Position numbers and translations under genes: made by a program. Below, one piece after another: positions 37,029 to 39,980 of a stretch of DNA of 39,980 bases. Location: IMG/VR virus record IMGVR_UViG_3300025529_000016, positions 1 to 39,980 of that record. One strand, 5' to 3'. Source of the stretch: a virus. Its lineage: Duplodnaviria; Caudoviricetes. The number at the start of each line of letters is the position of its first letter. Position 1 is the stretch's first letter. The notes under the pieces were generated by a model that made no database searches, was not told the DNA's origin, and was given only the letters and a program-made list of their open reading frames with translations.

Positions 37029-37106
37029 GTCTCATAAACAAAATAAGCTTTGGGTGCATCGGAGAGATGGCATCGGAGCTTTCTTAATAACCTGTTAAAA
37101 TAATGG

Positions 37107-37146
37107 AAACCCACAGAAATTTTAAATGAATTCTGTGGGTTTTTTT
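37107..37146 (+). terminator. Terminator after the yhbH 3' end
   Basis: AAACCCACAGAA...TTCTGTGGGTTT followed by a T-run. Confidence 0.8.
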
Positions 37147-37189
37147 AGTGATTAGGCTTTCTTGAATCCGGAAGAAAATAGTCTAACTC

Positions 37190-37391
37190 CATTTTTCAGA
37201 TGGGGACAACTTGACTTCCGATAACGCAAGGTGCATCAAACTCGTCAAAGAAATCTGGCTGTGTCGAATATGTTCGGCTACGGAGAAGTCCATTAGTACA
37301 GCTGCCGTTCCACCTTAATGTTCGCTTATAAAATCATCAAAGACGAAAAATTCCGTTATTTCATTTTAAAGCAGAAAGAAGATGTATTCCA
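37190..37391 (+). pseudogene. yhbH: Degenerate duplicate of the yhbH 3' region
   Basis: [22 protein letters not shown]/(1-nt deletion)[43 protein letters not shown]; 37292-37391 matches 36877-36976 at 91/100 nt by hand alignment. Confidence 0.85.
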
Positions 37392-37919
37392 ATTTTTATT
37401 GAAAATAGCGTTTTTCACTCCCGTCAGACCGATTCTTTTTTAGCTTTTGATTTCGTTTCTTCTTAAATAAAAATTTAAAGTATCTGGCATCTCCTTTGTT
37501 GAGCCGAGTCCACTTGCGGCTATTTTCAAAAAGGATCCATTTGAAGCTTTCATTTATTTTTTTTGGTATTAAGAAGTATTGTCCAAGTAAATGTGTGCCG
37601 CCATTATTTTCACAGAAAAATATCATATTTTTATCAAAATTTGTAAAAAAACTACACAAAATATTTTTCCTTTACTATAATGGTTAGGTGGGAAGCTCAC
37701 GATATTTGCATCACTTTGGAGGAAACGCCCATTTTACATCGTACGGTTTATTTTGAAGTTAATTGTTTGAATATTAATAAATATCTTAAATAATGTTTAT
37801 GAGAAACAGAAATTGGTGATATAAAGAGAATTGTTTTTTTTTTTGGCGCAAACTGCTTCATTGTACATTTTTCTAGAATTCGACAGAAAGGAGCATTCCT
37901 GTAATGAGGAAATTTGAGG

Positions 37920-39667
37920 TTTGATAAAAAAAAGTCCCCTTGGTATAGTACAGGGTGTCAATGCGCGTTGACCCCGAATTTCAATAAACCAAGGAGGACT
38001 CAAAATGAATTATACACAAAATCAAAAAATCTCTCAAATTACACCATCAACTCTCATTGTAGGTATTGATGTAGCTAAAGAAAAGCACGTTGCCCGTTTT
38101 CAAGATGACCGAGGCTTAGAATTTGGCAAGAGATTGATCTTTGAAAATCGTATACACGGCTTTCAAACCTTATTAGATTGGGTTAATCATATTCAAAAAG
38201 AAAATCATAAGGACCACGTGATTTTTGGAATGGAGCCAACAGGTCATTATTGGCTAAATCTTGCTTACTTTCTTAAGGCAAAAGGATATGATGTAGTGCT
38301 AGTGAATCCCATGCACGTCAAAAAAAGTAAAGAGCTTGATGACAATTCGCCTACAAAAAACGATACAAAAGATGCTCGTGTCATTGCACAGTTAATGAAA
38401 GATGGGCGATACTCCGTACCGAACCTATTAGAGGGCGTATACGCTGAACTAAGGGAAGGCGTCAAATTACGAGATCAGCTCATCAAACAGCTTATGATCA
38501 TTGAAGGGCGGATTGAAAACGTCATTCAGCGCTTTTTCCCAGAGTTTTTCGATGTGTTTGGAGATTGGAAAGGGAAAGCCGCCTTTCATACCTTGCGCAT
38601 GTTTCCATTTCCTTCTGATATTCAAAAGTTGACACCAGAAGAAGTACTTCAAAAATGGAAACCGCATGTACAGCGTGGGGTTGGGCTAAAACGTGCAACC
38701 AAACTCGTAGAGGTAGCGAACAAGAGCGTTGGGATTGAAGTCGGAATCCAGTTCGCCAAAAGAGAATTGGATTGTCTATTGGATCAATATGAGCTTTACA
38801 AGAAACAGTTAGCACAACTAGATGAAGAACTAGAAGGTGTTGTTGAAAGCATACCAGGTGCGAAACAAATGACCAATATCCCGGGACTTAGTTACACTAC
38901 CATTGCTTTGTTCTTTGCGGAAGTAGGAGATTTAACCAAGTACAATCATCCGCAACAATTAGTCAATCTGGCAGGGCTTTCTTTAAGAGAACACAGTTCA
39001 GGAAAGTATAAAGGGCAAACACGCATAACCAAAAGGGGTCGAAGACGTTTACGAAAAGCATTATACCTGGCCATTCGACCATTGGTTGCCCATAATCCTG
39101 TATTTAAAGCCTTGCATCATTACTATACCAATCGGCCAGACAGGCCGTTAAAAAAACAACAGTCTCTGATTGCCTTGTGTTGTAAATTATTACGTGTGTT
39201 ATTTGCCATTGGTAAGAAACAGTGTGAGTTTGATGGATTAAAGCTATTAAAGGGATTACCTCAAATAAAAGCATTACAGGCTGCATAAAAGCTTTCAAAC
39301 GACTTGTTATTCTGACAAACACCAATAGTGCAGAGTTGGAGTATATTTTCACCATTCGGGCATTAGACCCTGTAAAGGAGCATATCCAACCTCCACCTCA
39401 TGGATACGCAGGACGAAGGAATGTGTGGATCTTAAAATCCAGTGATACATGGGAGGGTGAGCGACCATGAGAAGTGTGGAGACTTCTTGCACGGTCATAC
39501 ATGATATTACAGATATTGTAAATCTGTATTATAGGATGCACCTTACCATGTAAATATATTGAATAAATACAAGTAATATCCACTCATTTGAGGTGAAGAA
39601 GCTATTATGTGTTAGCGAAATTTAAAGAAAACGTGAGAATTTTGAAGAAAATTAAAGTTTATAGAGG
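37920..39667 (+). mobile_element. IS110-family insertion sequence (ends approximate)
   Basis: Transposase plus ~380 nt downstream non-coding region; GAGG at both putative junctions (37916-37919, 39664-39667); no terminal inverted repeats seen. Confidence 0.75.
38005..39288 (+). CDS. IS110-family transposase/recombinase
   Basis: VGIDVAK, GMEPTGHYW, KNDTKDA (DEDD); EVGD, SSGKYKG...ITKRG. Confidence 0.97.
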   Translation: MNYTQNQKISQITPSTLIVGIDVAKEKHVARFQDDRGLEFGKRLIFENRIHGFQTLLDWVNHIQKENHKDHVIFGMEPTGHYWLNLAYFLKAKGYDVVLVNPMHVKKSKELDDNSPTKNDTKDARVIAQLMKDGRYSVPNLLEGVYAELREGVKLRDQLIKQLMIIEGRIENVIQRFFPEFFDVFGDWKGKAAFHTLRMFPFPSDIQKLTPEEVLQKWKPHVQRGVGLKRATKLVEVANKSVGIEVGIQFAKRELDCLLDQYELYKKQLAQLDEELEGVVESIPGAKQMTNIPGLSYTTIALFFAEVGDLTKYNHPQQLVNLAGLSLREHSSGKYKGQTRITKRGRRRLRKALYLAIRPLVAHNPVFKALHHYYTNRPDRPLKKQQSLIALCCKLLRVLFAIGKKQCEFDGLKLLKGLPQIKALQAA

Positions 39668-39676
39668 GAGGAGATT

Positions 39677-39980
39677 ATGACTGGGATGATAAAGGAACCA
39701 ACACAACAAATTTCGCCGAAGGCTGTGAAGATGTGGCGAATTAGTGATGCCATCATGTATTTCATCGCACTTTGCATCCTATTAATCCTTCTGTATTTCC
39801 AGCAATACTATGAGTGGAAAAGTTGGATACGTTTTATTCTCTATGTTCTTTTGATACTCCTCATTATTTCCTCCATCGTTGAAATCGTGATTGTACCTAT
39901 TTATCGACAGCGAACTTGGCGCTACGAAGTCGACGAGAAATACATACAATTGAAGTATGGAGGAGTATTAAAGAAAACTC
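39677..39980 (+). CDS. YdbS-like bacterial PH-domain membrane protein (3'-truncated)
   Basis: GGAGGAG RBS; EPTQQISPKAVKMWRI, two TM segments, P.YRQRTWRYEVDEKYIQLKYGG. Confidence 0.85.
   Translation, partial: MTGMIKEPTQQISPKAVKMWRISDAIMYFIALCILLILLYFQQYYEWKSWIRFILYVLLILLIISSIVEIVIVPIYRQRTWRYEVDEKYIQLKYGGVLKKT

Noticed and set aside
37396-38003. ORFs 37396-37659(-), 37496-37687(+) and 37797-38003(-)
   Set aside because: Low-complexity AT-rich translations with no RBS or recognisable motif

Overview
Right-hand ~37 kb of a temperate, contractile-tailed prophage of a Bacillaceae host, almost all on the + strand. It runs from the replication module (DnaD-type initiator C-terminus, G39P-like loader, DnaB helicase) through small middle genes, an ArpU-type late activator, terminases, head, tail, baseplate and lysis genes. 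An AT-rich two-gene cargo operon and an SOS-boxed WYL-like/YolD pair follow. The prophage ends at about 36877, where the 3' end of the sporulation gene yhbH resumes without a start, so the phage appears to interrupt yhbH. About 160 bp after that fragment's stop lies a degenerate second copy of the yhbH 3' region spanning the insertion site. An IS110-family element follows, apparently inserted in the RBS of a PH-domain membrane protein gene. Best leads: (i) the cargo operon, a candidate anti-phage system whose second gene has a Zn-ribbon, an A10 slippery run and an internal start; (ii) the yhbH interruption plus relic attB copy; (iii) a DUF3954 gene flanked by a tiny antisense RNA and a structured terminator RNA, a candidate protein+RNA antitermination switch. 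All family assignments come from motif recognition and synteny; no searches were run.
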